Below, piece by piece: positions 41,135-51,513 of a DNA stretch of 64,000 nt (within the stretch, counting starts at the first letter, position 1; each line of letters opens with the position of its first letter). A program made the translations under genes and the position numbers. The DNA is taken from NCBI GenBank assembly GCA_963703225.1, contig OY969801.1, positions 2,400,001 to 2,464,000 of the forward strand, read 5' to 3'. The DNA comes from Candidatus Eiseniibacteriota bacterium (GTDB taxonomy: Bacteria > Eisenbacteria > RBG-16-71-46 > SZUA-252). Under the pieces are notes generated by a model. It was given only the letters and a program-made list of their open reading frames with translations. It made no database searches and was not told the origin of the DNA.

Positions 41135-42799
41135 TTACCTCCGATTGCCAGGGGAATGGGAGCCATCCTTGGCCGCGTCGTTTGTAGCGTCGAGCAATGG
41201 ATATGCCGGGAGCGTCAGAAACTCTTCGAGCGTCTCGCTGATGGAGAGCCGTTCGAACAGGGTCCTCGCGTCCTGGAACCGGCCGGTCCGGAACCGCTCG
41301 GCGCCGACTTCCGATTCGATGCGCTTCATCTCGTCATCGGTCGCCCGCCGGAGCAGATCGGCATCGATCTTCCGGCCGTCCTCGAGTGTCGCGCCGTGCC
41401 GGATCCACTGCCAAATCTGTGACCGCGAAATTTCGGCGGTGGCCGCGTCCTCCATCAGGTTGTAGAGCGGCACGCATCCATTTCCGCGGAGCCAGGCCTC
41501 GATGTACTGGATGCCGACCCGCACGTTGAGCCGGAGCCCTTCCTCGGTTCGCGTCCCGCGCGGCAGCTCCAACAGGTCGGCGGCGGTGACGTGCACGTCT
41601 TCGCGGCGCCGCTCGATCTGGTTTGGCCCTGGCATGACGGCCTCGAAGACTTCCCTCGCGACGGCGACAAGCCCCGGGTGGGCCACCCAGGTCCCGTCAT
41701 GCCCGTCCATCACCTCGCGCAGCTTGTCCGCGCGCACCTTCTCGAGCGCGCGGCGGCTTAGGTCCGGATCGTTCTTGATGGGGATCTGCGCGGCCATTCC
41801 GCCCATGGCGTGAACGCCGCGGCGGTGGCAGGTCCGCACGCACAGCTGCGTGTAGTTGCGCAGGAACGGCTGCTCCATCGTGACCTGGGAGCGGTCGGGA
41901 AGAATCGCCAGCGGGTCGTGGCGGCGGGTCTTGATGAAGGAAAAGATGTAATCCCAGCGGCCGCAGTTGAGCCCCGCCGAGTGCTCTCTCAACTCGTAGA
42001 GGATCTCGTCCATCTTGAAGGCAGCCGGCAGGGTCTCGATCAGCACGGTCGCCTTGATCGTGCCCCGCGGAATTCCCAGCGCGTCCTGGGCCCACACGAA
42101 CACGTCATTCCAATACCGGGCCTCTCGGTGGCTCTGGAGCTTGGGCAGATAGAAGTATGGGCCGGTGCCGCGCTCCATCAGCGCTCGCGCGTTGTGGAAG
42201 AAGTAAAGGCCGAAGTCGAAGAGGCACCCCGGCACCGGCAATCCGTCGACGAGGAGGTGACGCTCGGGTAGGTGAAGGCCGCGGGGCCGGACGAGGAGCG
42301 TCGCCGTTACCTCGTTCAGCTTGTATTCCTTGCCGCTCGTGGGATCGGTGTACGAAATGGCTCGCCGCACCGCGTCGTAGAGGTTGACCTGCCCCTGGAC
42401 GTTGTTGTCCCACGTCGGTGAATTCGAATCCTCGAAATCGGCCATGAAGCAGTTCGCGCCGGAATTGAGCGCGTTGATGACCATCTTTCGCTCCACGGGG
42501 CCGGTGATCTCGACGGTGCGACGGAGGAGGTCACGCGGTACCGGCGCGACGATCCACGCGCCATCCCGGACAGCCGCGGTCTCTGGCATGAAGTCGAGGG
42601 TCGCGCCCGCTTCCAGCTGCGCTTGGCGCTCCGCGCGGCCTTGGAGCAGCTCTTCCAGTCCGGGGCGAAAACGCCGCACAAGGTCCGCCAGAAATGCGAG
42701 CGCATCGGGCGACAAGATTCTCTCGTAGCCCGGGCGGAGAGCCCCCCGAACTTCGGTCCGGGAAGCGGTCATCGACTCTGTATTGGCTGGCGTTGACAT
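41135..42799 (-). CDS. aceB: Malate synthase A
   Basis: [57 protein letters not shown]. Confidence 0.96.
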   Translation of the reverse strand: MSTPANTESMTASRTEVRGALRPGYERILSPDALAFLADLVRRFRPGLEELLQGRAERQAQLEAGATLDFMPETAAVRDGAWIVAPVPRDLLRRTVEITGPVERKMVINALNSGANCFMADFEDSNSPTWDNNVQGQVNLYDAVRRAISYTDPTSGKEYKLNEVTATLLVRPRGLHLPERHLLVDGLPVPGCLFDFGLYFFHNARALMERGTGPYFYLPKLQSHREARYWNDVFVWAQDALGIPRGTIKATVLIETLPAAFKMDEILYELREHSAGLNCGRWDYIFSFIKTRRHDPLAILPDRSQVTMEQPFLRNYTQLCVRTCHRRGVHAMGGMAAQIPIKNDPDLSRRALEKVRADKLREVMDGHDGTWVAHPGLVAVAREVFEAVMPGPNQIERRREDVHVTAADLLELPRGTRTEEGLRLNVRVGIQYIEAWLRGNGCVPLYNLMEDAATAEISRSQIWQWIRHGATLEDGRKIDADLLRRATDDEMKRIESEVGAERFRTGRFQDARTLFERLSISETLEEFLTLPAYPLLDATNDAAKDGSHSPGNRR

Positions 42800-42847
42800 C
42801 GTTCAACAGTATGACAGAATCAGCCCAGAACAACAACTAATTTCATG

Positions 42848-42913
42848 TATTACAATAAGTTACAAACATTAACTAACTTGCTGTATTGATTGTAATATTG
42901 CAAATGCTGTAAA
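42848..42913. promoter_or_regulatory. AT-rich operator region between aceB and its regulator
   Basis: TATTACAAT (42848-56) and ATTGTAATA (42889-97) perfect inverted repeat; related boxes GTTACAAA, ATTGCAAA, CTGTAAA. Confidence 0.65.
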
Positions 42914-42926
42914 CTTGTTGGTGGAT

Positions 42927-44369
42927 ATGAAGAAGAAAGCGATCGGCCTGGGCAAGCGGATCCACGCCCTCCGGCAGAGGGAGGGCCTGACCCAGGTTGC
43001 GCTCGCCGCAAGGCTGGGGATCTCGGCTTCCTACCTGAATCTCATCGAGAACGACCGACGCCCCCTCAGCGCGAACCTTCTCCTCGCGCTGGCGAGGACG
43101 TTCGACCTCGATCTGCGCGCCTTTGCCCCGGGGGAGGACGCCAAGCTCGTATCCGACCTCTTGGAGGCCTTCGGCGATCCGCTCTTCGAGGAGCGAAAGC
43201 TGACCGAGAGCGAGGTCCGGGACTTCGTTGCGGGGAGCCCGGAGATCGCCCGTGCGGTGACCCACCTCCACCACGCCTATACGGCGGCCCGCGCGTCGGC
43301 CGAGTCGATTGCCGCACAGGTCCTCGACCGCCAGGACCTTCTGGGCGTCGACCGCGCCGGGCTCGCAGCCGAGGAGGTCTCCGACCTGATCCAGAGACAC
43401 GTGAACCACTTCCCCGAGCTGGAGGAAGAGGCGGAGCGACTCTGGGTCGAGGGGAAGCTTGAGGATCACGATCTTTTCGAAGGGATCGCGGGATACCTCG
43501 AACGGGCTCACGGCGTCGCGGTGCGGATCCTCAAGGTCGGCGAAATGGAGGGAGCGGTCCGCCGGTTCGATCCGGAGCGAAGCGAGCTCCAGATCTCGGA
43601 GGTACTCAGGCGAGGCTCGCGCAACTTCCAGCTCGCCCATCAGGCCGGCCTCCTCGCCTGCTCGGCGACGCTCGACCGGATCACCCGGGACCCTCTCCTC
43701 ACTTCGGCCGGGTCCCGCGCGCTTTGCCGGGTGGCTCTGGCCAACTACTTCGCCGGAGCCGTGGTCACCCCCTACGAGCCCTTTTTCCGCGCGGCCGAGG
43801 ACGAGCGGTATGACCTCGACCTGCTGGGGCACCGTTTCCGGGTCAATTTCGAGCAGGTCTGCCACCGTCTGACGACCCTGAACCGGCCGGGCGCGCGCGG
43901 GATACCCCTCCACATGGTCCGGATCGATATTGCCGGCAACATCTCGAAGAAGTTCAGCGCGACCGGGCTCCGGTTTCCTCGATTTGGCGGACTCTGTCCC
44001 CTGTGGAACGTGCACGCCGCGTTTCTGCAGCCGGGCGTGATCCGGGCGCAGCTCGACCGGCTCCCCGACGGAACGATGTTCTTCTCGGTGGCGCGGACGA
44101 TCCGAAAGCACCGCGGCGGCTACCACGCCCCGGAAGTCCTCTACTCGATCGGCCTCGGCTGCGACGTGGAGTCGGCGGAGCGGATGGTCTACGCGGACGG
44201 ATTCGACCTGAAGAACCCGGCGGGCGCGGCTCCGGTTGGGATCACCTGCCGCCTCTGCGAGCGTCTCGACTGCCGTGCCCGCGCGTTCCCATCGATCTAC
44301 CAGCCGCTTCGGGTGGACGAAAATGTACGGGGCGTTTCGTTCTTCGCGAGGCCGGAAGGAGATCGGTAG
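42927..44369 (+). CDS. Short-chain fatty acyl-CoA regulator (RamB/ScfR family, XRE HTH)
   Basis: LGISASYLNLIE.D.RP, NYFAGA, EQVCHRLTTL.RP, R.D.AGNISK, GG.CPLWNVH, CRLCER.DC..RAFP; divergent from aceBA. Confidence 0.92.
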   Translation: MKKKAIGLGKRIHALRQREGLTQVALAARLGISASYLNLIENDRRPLSANLLLALARTFDLDLRAFAPGEDAKLVSDLLEAFGDPLFEERKLTESEVRDFVAGSPEIARAVTHLHHAYTAARASAESIAAQVLDRQDLLGVDRAGLAAEEVSDLIQRHVNHFPELEEEAERLWVEGKLEDHDLFEGIAGYLERAHGVAVRILKVGEMEGAVRRFDPERSELQISEVLRRGSRNFQLAHQAGLLACSATLDRITRDPLLTSAGSRALCRVALANYFAGAVVTPYEPFFRAAEDERYDLDLLGHRFRVNFEQVCHRLTTLNRPGARGIPLHMVRIDIAGNISKKFSATGLRFPRFGGLCPLWNVHAAFLQPGVIRAQLDRLPDGTMFFSVARTIRKHRGGYHAPEVLYSIGLGCDVESAERMVYADGFDLKNPAGAAPVGITCRLCERLDCRARAFPSIYQPLRVDENVRGVSFFARPEGDR

Positions 44370-44387
44370 GGGCCGAGCCGGAAACCG

Positions 44388-44522
44388 CTAGACGTGGAAG
44401 AACTGATACATGCAAAGCTGCGCCACGGTCCAAATGTTGAGGACGACCCCGGTGATGGGGAGGAGCAAGGCGAGCAGGAAGCGGACGCCGATGCCGCGGG
44501 TGCTATGGCGGAGTAGTTCCAC
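44388..44522 (-). CDS. Small hypothetical membrane peptide (44 aa)
   Basis: GTG...TAG, MELLRHSTRGIGVRFLLALLLPITGVVLNIWTVAQLCMYQFFHV; GC3-rich codons; fills the intergenic gap; not in ORF track. Confidence 0.55.
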   Translation of the reverse strand: MELLRHSTRGIGVRFLLALLLPITGVVLNIWTVAQLCMYQFFHV

Positions 44523-44529
44523 ATCAAGT

Positions 44530-44556
44530 CTATCGGCAAACGCCGCCAGGCCTTGA
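44530..44556 (-). promoter_or_regulatory. Putative sigma-28-type promoter
   Basis: TCAAG-N14-GCCGATAG, 7 nt before GTG 44522. Confidence 0.6.
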
Positions 44557-44565
44557 GTGATTCCC

Positions 44566-45888
44566 CTACGGCGCTTTGACCCGCGCGCGGCTCGTCCGAT
44601 CGACCATCACGACCCCGCCCTTCATCACCCATCGCACTCCGTCGATCACCGCGTTAATGTCGGCGAGGGGATCCCCCTCGACCGCAACGATGTCGGCGAA
44701 ATACCCGGGTAGGACGGCGCCAATCTCTTTCTCCATGCCGAGGAGGGCCGCGCCGTTCGTGGTCGCCGTCGCCAGGGCCTGCGTGGGGGTCAACCCGGCC
44801 TTCACAAACCACCCCAGCTCACGCGAGTTCTCCCCGAACATGGTGAAGACAGCGTCGGAGCCCATTGCCACCTTGACCCCCGCCTTGACGGCGCGCCTTA
44901 GCGTCGCGAGATTCCGCTCCCGATAGGCATCAAGCCGGGCCACCGCCGCGGAGTCGTAGCCGAATTCGGAGGCGTGCTCGGCGTAGTAGCGGTTGTGGTC
45001 GATCGTCGGGACATAGAACGTCCCCCGCTTGACCATCTCTCGGAGCGTCGCATCATCCATGTCGGTCGCGTGCTCGACGGAGGCTGCTCCCGCTCGAACC
45101 GCGTCGCGCGCCGCATCCGGCCCGTAGGAATGGATCGCGACCCGCTTCCCCCGAGCCTGGGCGGCGTCGACGGCCACTTTCATCTCTTCGTAGGTATAGG
45201 TCTCGTCCCCCGTCACGTCGTCGGCGCTTCCGGTGGAGCCGTACATCTTGATCACGTCCGCGCCCGCGGCGATGTTCTCCCGCACCGCGCGCAGGATCTC
45301 CCCTGTGCCGTTGGCGAGCCCCCCGTCCGGCTCCGCGTAACCGGGCCGAAAGGGCTGGTATGTCCCGTGGAGGCCGTGGCCGCAGACGAACATTCGCGGC
45401 CCTACCATGGCGCCCCGGTTGATCAGATTTCGCATCGCGACGTCCATGTAATCCCACGATCCCAGGTCGCGAACCGTCGTGACCCCGGCTTCGAGGGTTC
45501 GGCGGGCGTTCTCTTGGGCGAGATAGACCGTTTCGGATGTGCGTCGTGCCCCCAGTTGCCCCCACGGATCGCTTCCCCGGGCGCGGTCCCAGTAGTAGGT
45601 CATGTGCGTATGGACGTCGATGAGACCGGGGATGGCGGTGTATCTCTTGAGGTCGATCACCTGCGCCCCGTCCGGGATGGCGGTGCGCGCGGCGGGGCCA
45701 GAGGCGCGGACGCGGTCCCCCTCGACGACGACGACCGCGTTCGAGATCACGCCTCCCTTGCCGTCGATGAGGCGGCCGAACTGGAGCGCGATCGGAGACG
45801 CGGCGGCCGGATCCAACCCACCGAGCGACCAAACCGCGAGCGCGACCGCCGTCAGGGCCGAAGCCCGATGCACGACGGATCCGGTCAC
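44566..45888 (-). CDS. Amidohydrolase family protein (Xaa-Pro dipeptidase-like), exported
   Basis: PGLIDVHTH, AGVTTVRDLG, GADVIK, AIHSYG, SVEH, GSDA, ADIVAV.GDPL. Confidence 0.9.
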   Translation of the reverse strand: MTGSVVHRASALTAVALAVWSLGGLDPAAASPIALQFGRLIDGKGGVISNAVVVVEGDRVRASGPAARTAIPDGAQVIDLKRYTAIPGLIDVHTHMTYYWDRARGSDPWGQLGARRTSETVYLAQENARRTLEAGVTTVRDLGSWDYMDVAMRNLINRGAMVGPRMFVCGHGLHGTYQPFRPGYAEPDGGLANGTGEILRAVRENIAAGADVIKMYGSTGSADDVTGDETYTYEEMKVAVDAAQARGKRVAIHSYGPDAARDAVRAGAASVEHATDMDDATLREMVKRGTFYVPTIDHNRYYAEHASEFGYDSAAVARLDAYRERNLATLRRAVKAGVKVAMGSDAVFTMFGENSRELGWFVKAGLTPTQALATATTNGAALLGMEKEIGAVLPGYFADIVAVEGDPLADINAVIDGVRWVMKGGVVMVDRTSRARVKAP

Positions 45889-45913
45889 TCGGTCTCCTTC
45901 CTTCTATCGCGCA

Positions 45914-46393
45914 CTAGTTGCCCAACACGCTCTTCGAAATCGGGTCGATCAGGCCCATCAGCGCGGTCTTCTCGGTGGCGCCCACCTTCTGAGCATCCGC
46001 CGCGGACGCGAGCGCTCCGTTCACCGCGTTCACCGCGTCGGCGTCCATGCCCTTGCCCGAAAGCGCCTGCTTCAGGTCCGCGCCCGGATTCGGCGGCGCC
46101 ATTCCGCTCGCCTTGGCGATCTCATTCACCAAGCCCAGCTTCGCGCTCGAGATCGCGTCCGCGTTCAGAAACTTGGTGACCGCGGGATTGCTCGAAAGAT
46201 TGGACGCGAACGAGTCCGCGAGGTTGTTGACGCTCGACACGCCTCCGAGGCTTTCCATCAGGCTCTTGCTGGCCGTCGCCGTCATGGAGTTTCCAGCGGT
46301 GGTGCTGGTGGTCGATTTGCTGCAGCCCATTCCGCCGATCAGCAGGAAACAGAAAGCGAGCGCGCCGAGACCGAGAACGTGAGAACGCTTCAT
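45914..46393 (-). CDS. Lipoprotein with group I truncated-hemoglobin-like domain lacking the proximal His
   Basis: Lipobox GMGC plus Ser/Thr linker; SLMESLGG...F...L..NP....F...G.DLKQAL.G.G pattern; GGAGG RBS. Confidence 0.6.
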   Translation of the reverse strand: MKRSHVLGLGALAFCFLLIGGMGCSKSTTSTTAGNSMTATASKSLMESLGGVSSVNNLADSFASNLSSNPAVTKFLNADAISSAKLGLVNEIAKASGMAPPNPGADLKQALSGKGMDADAVNAVNGALASAADAQKVGATEKTALMGLIDPISKSVLGN

Positions 46394-46560
46394 GGGACTC
46401 CTCCTTGGTTCCGTGTGGCCGTACGTCGAGAGTGCGGACCAAAGAGTCTACCCACTCCTGAGCGGCGGTATCAATCAGGGGATTTCGCCCCAATGAGTGC
46501 TACTCGCCCGGTCGTACTGGGGGTAATGTCCTCTGTCTTACCAGCGTTGGAGGGTCGAGC

Positions 46561-47721
46561 GTGGGAGAGAAGATGGGCAGTATTTCGGACCGCTCGACCG
46601 CGGTCTGGCTCGCGGCGGCACTCGTATTGTTCAGCTGCCCGCGTGCTACCTCGGCACAGGCCCCCCATGACTCCACCCAGGCGCTCGTCAAAGGGGAAAT
46701 CCTCAAGACGAGGAACACTTCGATCAGCGCGTACCCGTACGCCTATTACACTCCCGAGACCCAGCTCGCCTTCGGCGCCGGGGGGATCGTCACCTTCTAT
46801 ACGTCCGAAGAGAAGATCCTCCGGCCTTCCAAGGCGACCGTCTCCGCTTACTACACCAGCAACGGCCAATACAAGTTCTCGCTCTCGCCCCAGCTCTACT
46901 TCGGGCAGAACACGCTCTTCATGTCCGCCGATGTGACTTACGGGTACTACGTCGACAAGTATTGGGGCATCGGGAATGACACTCCCGACAATAACGACGA
47001 GGACTATACATCGCGGGCGTTTGGGCTGGACGCCAACGTCCAGGTCAAGCCACCCAAAGACTTCATCGGCAACACCCGAACGGGGCTCGTCCTGGACTTC
47101 TGGGACAGCAGTATCGCGGACAAGAAGACCAACCCCTACCTTTTGAGCGGCGAAACGAAGGGCTCCGATGGTGGGATTTCCTCAGGGTTGGGGGTGAACC
47201 TGATCTGGGATACGCGGGACGAGATCTTTTGGCCGATGAAGGGCGGGTACAGCCAGGGAAAGGCCGTCTTCTACGGGCCGACCCTGGGGAGCGACTTCAA
47301 TTTCAACAAGTACGAGGTCGATCTACGTCAATACAAGTCCATCGGCTCCGGAACGGTCTTGGCGGCTCAGGTCTACCTCAATTCGGTCGCCGGCTCGCCG
47401 CCCTTCTATGATTATCCCGCGCTGGGCGGGCAGAAGATTATGCGCGGCTACTACCAGGGACGCTACCGGGACAAGGTCTATCTGGCGACGCAAGCGGAAT
47501 ACCGCGCGCACCTATGGAAGCGATTCGGCTACGTCTTGTTCGCGGGATTCGGCGATGTCGCGGGCCGATTCAATGACTTTCGGCTCCGGGCCATGAAGAC
47601 GTCCCTCGGGGCCGGCCTCCGCTGCAGGTTCAGCAAGGCCGAGAAGGTGAATCTTCGGGTCGACATGGGTTTCGGAAGGAATGCAAGCGGTGTCTACTTC
47701 GGGCTCGAAGAGGCCTTCTAG
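46561..47721 (+). CDS. Omp85 (BamA/TamA-like) barrel-only outer membrane protein
   Basis: YYTPET, WDTRD, LGG...MRGYYQGRYRD, NLRVD.GFG, C-terminal EAF. Confidence 0.85.
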   Translation: MGEKMGSISDRSTAVWLAAALVLFSCPRATSAQAPHDSTQALVKGEILKTRNTSISAYPYAYYTPETQLAFGAGGIVTFYTSEEKILRPSKATVSAYYTSNGQYKFSLSPQLYFGQNTLFMSADVTYGYYVDKYWGIGNDTPDNNDEDYTSRAFGLDANVQVKPPKDFIGNTRTGLVLDFWDSSIADKKTNPYLLSGETKGSDGGISSGLGVNLIWDTRDEIFWPMKGGYSQGKAVFYGPTLGSDFNFNKYEVDLRQYKSIGSGTVLAAQVYLNSVAGSPPFYDYPALGGQKIMRGYYQGRYRDKVYLATQAEYRAHLWKRFGYVLFAGFGDVAGRFNDFRLRAMKTSLGAGLRCRFSKAEKVNLRVDMGFGRNASGVYFGLEEAF

Positions 47722-47759
47722 GGGGGCCCGGCGTCCACAAAGCGGTGTCTCGGCCGGGC

Positions 47760-47788
47760 TTGACGGGTCTTTCGCGTACTCCTAGACT
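47760..47788 (+). promoter_or_regulatory. Putative sigma-70 promoter
   Basis: TTGACG-N17-TAGACT upstream of DUF748 gene. Confidence 0.55.
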
Positions 47789-47842
47789 CTCGGCACAGAT
47801 TCCCACCAAGTATCGATCGCCGCCACGGGACACGCGAACGCC

Positions 47843-50755
47843 TTGCTCGCAATTCCCAAGAAAACCCTGATCGTTATTGCAGTGGGCCTTGTCCTCTATG
47901 GCTTGGTCGGCTTTCTGGTCGTGCCCGGCATGATTCGCACGGCAATACTCAAGAATCTCGGCGAAACGGTAACCACCCAGGCGAAGCTCGAGAAGGTTCG
48001 CGTCAATCCCTTTGCGCTCTCTCTCACGCTGAAGCGCCTGGCCATACCGGACTCCCGCGGCCAGACCGCGGTCGGCTTCGAGAAGCTCTACCTCCGATTC
48101 AACATTTTCTCCCCGTTCTTCGGCGCGTGGACGCTCGACGAGCTGCGCGTGGACAAACCGCTTGTGAACGTCGCCATCATGGGGGATCGATCACTCAGCC
48201 TACAGGCGATCCTCCGCCCGCAGGCCGCGCCGCCGGACACGAGCGCGACACCACCCGTCCTCCTGATCCGGCACCTACGGATCGCCGATGGAACCGTCAC
48301 CTATGAAGATCTCTCGCGTCAGCCCGAGTTCAAGGAGGCGCTGATCCCGATCCAGATCGAGCTCAAAGATTTCACGACCCGCCGCGACCGCAGAAACGAG
48401 TACTCCCTCGACGCGAAGACGGATCGGGGCGAGATCTTGGCCTGGAACGGCCGCTTCACGATGCAGCCATTCACATCGCAGGGCCGCATTCGCGTGGGGA
48501 ACCTTCAAGCCAAGACGATCGAGGACTTCGAGGGCGGGGTTGCGCCCTACCAGTTCTCCCGCGGGACGATCGATTTCGGCGCCGACTATCGGGTCGACGC
48601 GGCCGAGGCGCCGGCACGGTTCGGGTTAACCGATATGGGGGTCTCGATCCGGGATCTCGCCCTCGCCGACCGCGTGACGGGTGAGGAGTCGATCGCCGCG
48701 GCGACAATCGACACCAAGGCCGGCGAGATTCGCTCGGACCTCCTCGACGCGAACCTCGGCACCGTGACCGTCGACAGCCTCCATGTTCTCGTCTGGATGG
48801 ATTCGACCGGGACCACCAACCTGCAGCGCTGGTCCCAGGCTCCGGCCGACACCGCCGCCCCGTGGATCACACGAATCGTGCTGGCGACGGTTGGCCGCGC
48901 CGAAATCGAGTACCAGGACCGGAGGCTCGACCCGCCCGCCGTCCTCCAGCTCCACGGCGCGACGGCGGAGCTGAAGGGCTATAGCTCCGCGCCCGGAACG
49001 GTGGTGCCGTTCACCGCCGCCTGTAGCACCGGCACCGGCGGACGCGCCGCCGCCGTGGGTTCGCTGATTCCGAGCGCGGGCGCGGTGGACGTCGAGGTTC
49101 AGCTCGACGATTTCGACTTGAAGCAGATTCAGCCGTACGTGTCGGCGGTCGCCAGGCTCGACATCACCAACGGGGTTGTGGGAGCGAAGGGCCGGCTCCG
49201 CTTCAACAGCTTTGGCGCGGCCGGGCCGATGCTTCGATTCACGGGGGAGGTGGTCTCGTCTAAGTTCTCGAGCACGGACCGGAAGATCCAGCAGGAATTC
49301 ATGAGCTGGCAGAAGCTAGAGCTGAAGGGATTCGAGTACGACCAGGAGCCGGCGCGTGTCCTCGCACGGGAAATCGTCGCGACCAAGCCCTACATCCGGT
49401 TCGTGATCGCGCCCGATCTCACCTCCAGCGTGCAGTCGATCGCGGTGGCACCCGACTCGGTGCCGCCCGCGTTTCGTCCCAAGCCCGACGCCCCGGACAC
49501 GATCCCGACCATCATCCAGATGGTCCGGATCGTCGACGGCTCCATGTACTTCGCCGATCTCTCCCTCACCCCCAACTTCGCCACCGGCATCGAGGAGCTG
49601 AACGGCACCATCAGCGAGCTCTCGTCGGCGCAGGCAGCGCACGCGGCGATCGATCTCCAAGGCAAGGTGGACGAGTACGCCCCGGTGACCTTCGCCGGAA
49701 CCATCAATCCGCTGAACACCCACGGGATCACCGATGTCTCCACCAAGTTCGAGAACATCGAACTCACAACCTTTTCGCCCTATTCGGGCAAGTTCATGGG
49801 GTATCAGATCGAGAAGGGAAAGCTCGATCTCGACCTCCACTATTTCATCGAAGATCGAAAGCTGAAGGCCGAGAACAGGATTTTGATGCGTCAGCTCACT
49901 TTGGGTGAAAAGGTGCCGAGCCCGGACGCCACGAGCCTCCCGGTCAAGTTCGCGATCGCGCTCCTCAAGGACAAGGACGGGAACATCGATCTCAACCTCC
50001 CGGTCCATGGGGATCTCGACGATCCCAAGTTCAGCGTCTTTCCGATCATCATGAAGGTGCTGGTTCAGCTGGTGGTCAAGGCGGTCACCTCCCCGTTCAA
50101 GCTCTTCGGCGCCATCTTCGGGGGCGACGACGAGGAGGTGGCGCCCGCGATCCGCTTCCCGTACGGGAGCGCGGCATTGGACACGACCGAGATCCCAAAG
50201 CTGGACGCGATCCACAAGGGGCTCGCCGACCGACCCGCGCTCAAGCTCGAGATCGAGCAGGCGGGCCAGCGCGAGCGCGACTCCCTGGCGGTGGTCGACC
50301 TGCGATTCATCCAGCGGCTGCGTGAGGCCTCGGGCGCGACCCGGGGAAAGGTCCCGGAGCCGTCGATGGTGGCCGCTGCGGCGCTCCGCGCGCCAGCCGG
50401 ATACAACGCCATGGACTACGCGCAGGATCTCTCCAGCACCTATGTCGCCCAGTTCGGAAAGGTCCCTCCGCTGGAGAAGCCGCAGGGGAAGGCGCCAAAG
50501 GGCGCCGGCGCCGACAGCGCCCTCCTGAACGCCGAAGCGAGGCGCCTGGCATCGATGGAGGAGCGCGTCCGCTCGACCCTCCGCGTCAGCTCGGACGAGG
50601 TCTCTGGGATTGCCGTCGAGCGGGCCCGGAGCATTCAGGGATATCTGCTCCGCGACACCACCGTGGTCGCGGACCGCATCTTCATCGTCGCCAACAAGGA
50701 CTCCTATCGGCCGGACAGCGCAGGCGTGCGGGTAGGTTTGACCTTGACCGACTAG
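47843..50755 (+). CDS. DUF748 domain protein (AsmA-like)
   Basis: N-terminal TM, NPF.L, PYSGKFMGY.IEKGKL, ALLKD..G.IDL.LPV.G.LDDP.FS, AVTSPF. Confidence 0.85.
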   Translation: MLAIPKKTLIVIAVGLVLYGLVGFLVVPGMIRTAILKNLGETVTTQAKLEKVRVNPFALSLTLKRLAIPDSRGQTAVGFEKLYLRFNIFSPFFGAWTLDELRVDKPLVNVAIMGDRSLSLQAILRPQAAPPDTSATPPVLLIRHLRIADGTVTYEDLSRQPEFKEALIPIQIELKDFTTRRDRRNEYSLDAKTDRGEILAWNGRFTMQPFTSQGRIRVGNLQAKTIEDFEGGVAPYQFSRGTIDFGADYRVDAAEAPARFGLTDMGVSIRDLALADRVTGEESIAAATIDTKAGEIRSDLLDANLGTVTVDSLHVLVWMDSTGTTNLQRWSQAPADTAAPWITRIVLATVGRAEIEYQDRRLDPPAVLQLHGATAELKGYSSAPGTVVPFTAACSTGTGGRAAAVGSLIPSAGAVDVEVQLDDFDLKQIQPYVSAVARLDITNGVVGAKGRLRFNSFGAAGPMLRFTGEVVSSKFSSTDRKIQQEFMSWQKLELKGFEYDQEPARVLAREIVATKPYIRFVIAPDLTSSVQSIAVAPDSVPPAFRPKPDAPDTIPTIIQMVRIVDGSMYFADLSLTPNFATGIEELNGTISELSSAQAAHAAIDLQGKVDEYAPVTFAGTINPLNTHGITDVSTKFENIELTTFSPYSGKFMGYQIEKGKLDLDLHYFIEDRKLKAENRILMRQLTLGEKVPSPDATSLPVKFAIALLKDKDGNIDLNLPVHGDLDDPKFSVFPIIMKVLVQLVVKAVTSPFKLFGAIFGGDDEEVAPAIRFPYGSAALDTTEIPKLDAIHKGLADRPALKLEIEQAGQRERDSLAVVDLRFIQRLREASGATRGKVPEPSMVAAAALRAPAGYNAMDYAQDLSSTYVAQFGKVPPLEKPQGKAPKGAGADSALLNAEARRLASMEERVRSTLRVSSDEVSGIAVERARSIQGYLLRDTTVVADRIFIVANKDSYRPDSAGVRVGLTLTD

Positions 50756-50761
50756 CCCGCC

Positions 50762-51493
50762 ATGGCCGCCATCGAGGTAAAGAGCCTCCGGAAGGCCTAC
50801 GGCGAGCTTGTCGCCGTCGACGGCGTTTCCTTCGAGGTAAACGGGGGCGAGTGCTTTGGCCTCCTCGGCCCGAACGGGGCTGGCAAGTCGACGACCATCA
50901 ACTGCGTCGTTGGAGCCCTGCGGCCGGACGCCGGCGAGATCCAGATCGACGGGGACTCCGATCCCACCCGCCCCGCGGTCCGCATGAAGATCGGCGTGGC
51001 CCCTCAGCCGATCGCGCTCTACGAGGAGTTGACCGCCGAGGAGAATCTCACCTTCTTCGGGTCCCTCTACGGCCTCGCGGGAGGCCTTCTCAAGGAGCGA
51101 ATCGAGATGGCCCTCGAGTTCTCGGGGCTCGCCGGGCGTCGGAAGGATCGCGTCAGTACCTATTCGGGCGGCATGCAGCGGCGTCTCAACTTGGTCTGCG
51201 GCATCCTCCACGATCCGCCCGTGATCCTTCTCGACGAGCCGACCGTCGGGGTCGATCCTCAATCGCGCAACCTGATTTTCGAGAACATCGAGGCGTTGAA
51301 GCGCCTCGGCAGGACCATCGTCTACACCACCCATTACATGGAAGAGGCGCAGCGCCTCTGCGATCGCGTGGCGATCATCGATCAGGGGAAGATCCTCGCG
51401 CTCGACACCGTCGAGGGGTTGTTGAAAGCGCACGGCGGGCCTGATCTGGAGAGCGTGTTCCTCCGCCTGACCGGACGAAAGCTGAGAGATTGA
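50762..51493 (+). CDS. ABC transporter ATP-binding protein
   Basis: GPNGAGKST, YSGGMQRR, LLDEPT. Confidence 0.95.
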   Translation: MAAIEVKSLRKAYGELVAVDGVSFEVNGGECFGLLGPNGAGKSTTINCVVGALRPDAGEIQIDGDSDPTRPAVRMKIGVAPQPIALYEELTAEENLTFFGSLYGLAGGLLKERIEMALEFSGLAGRRKDRVSTYSGGMQRRLNLVCGILHDPPVILLDEPTVGVDPQSRNLIFENIEALKRLGRTIVYTTHYMEEAQRLCDRVAIIDQGKILALDTVEGLLKAHGGPDLESVFLRLTGRKLRD

Positions 51494-51513
51494 GCCTGGA
51501 GACAAGCTGATCC

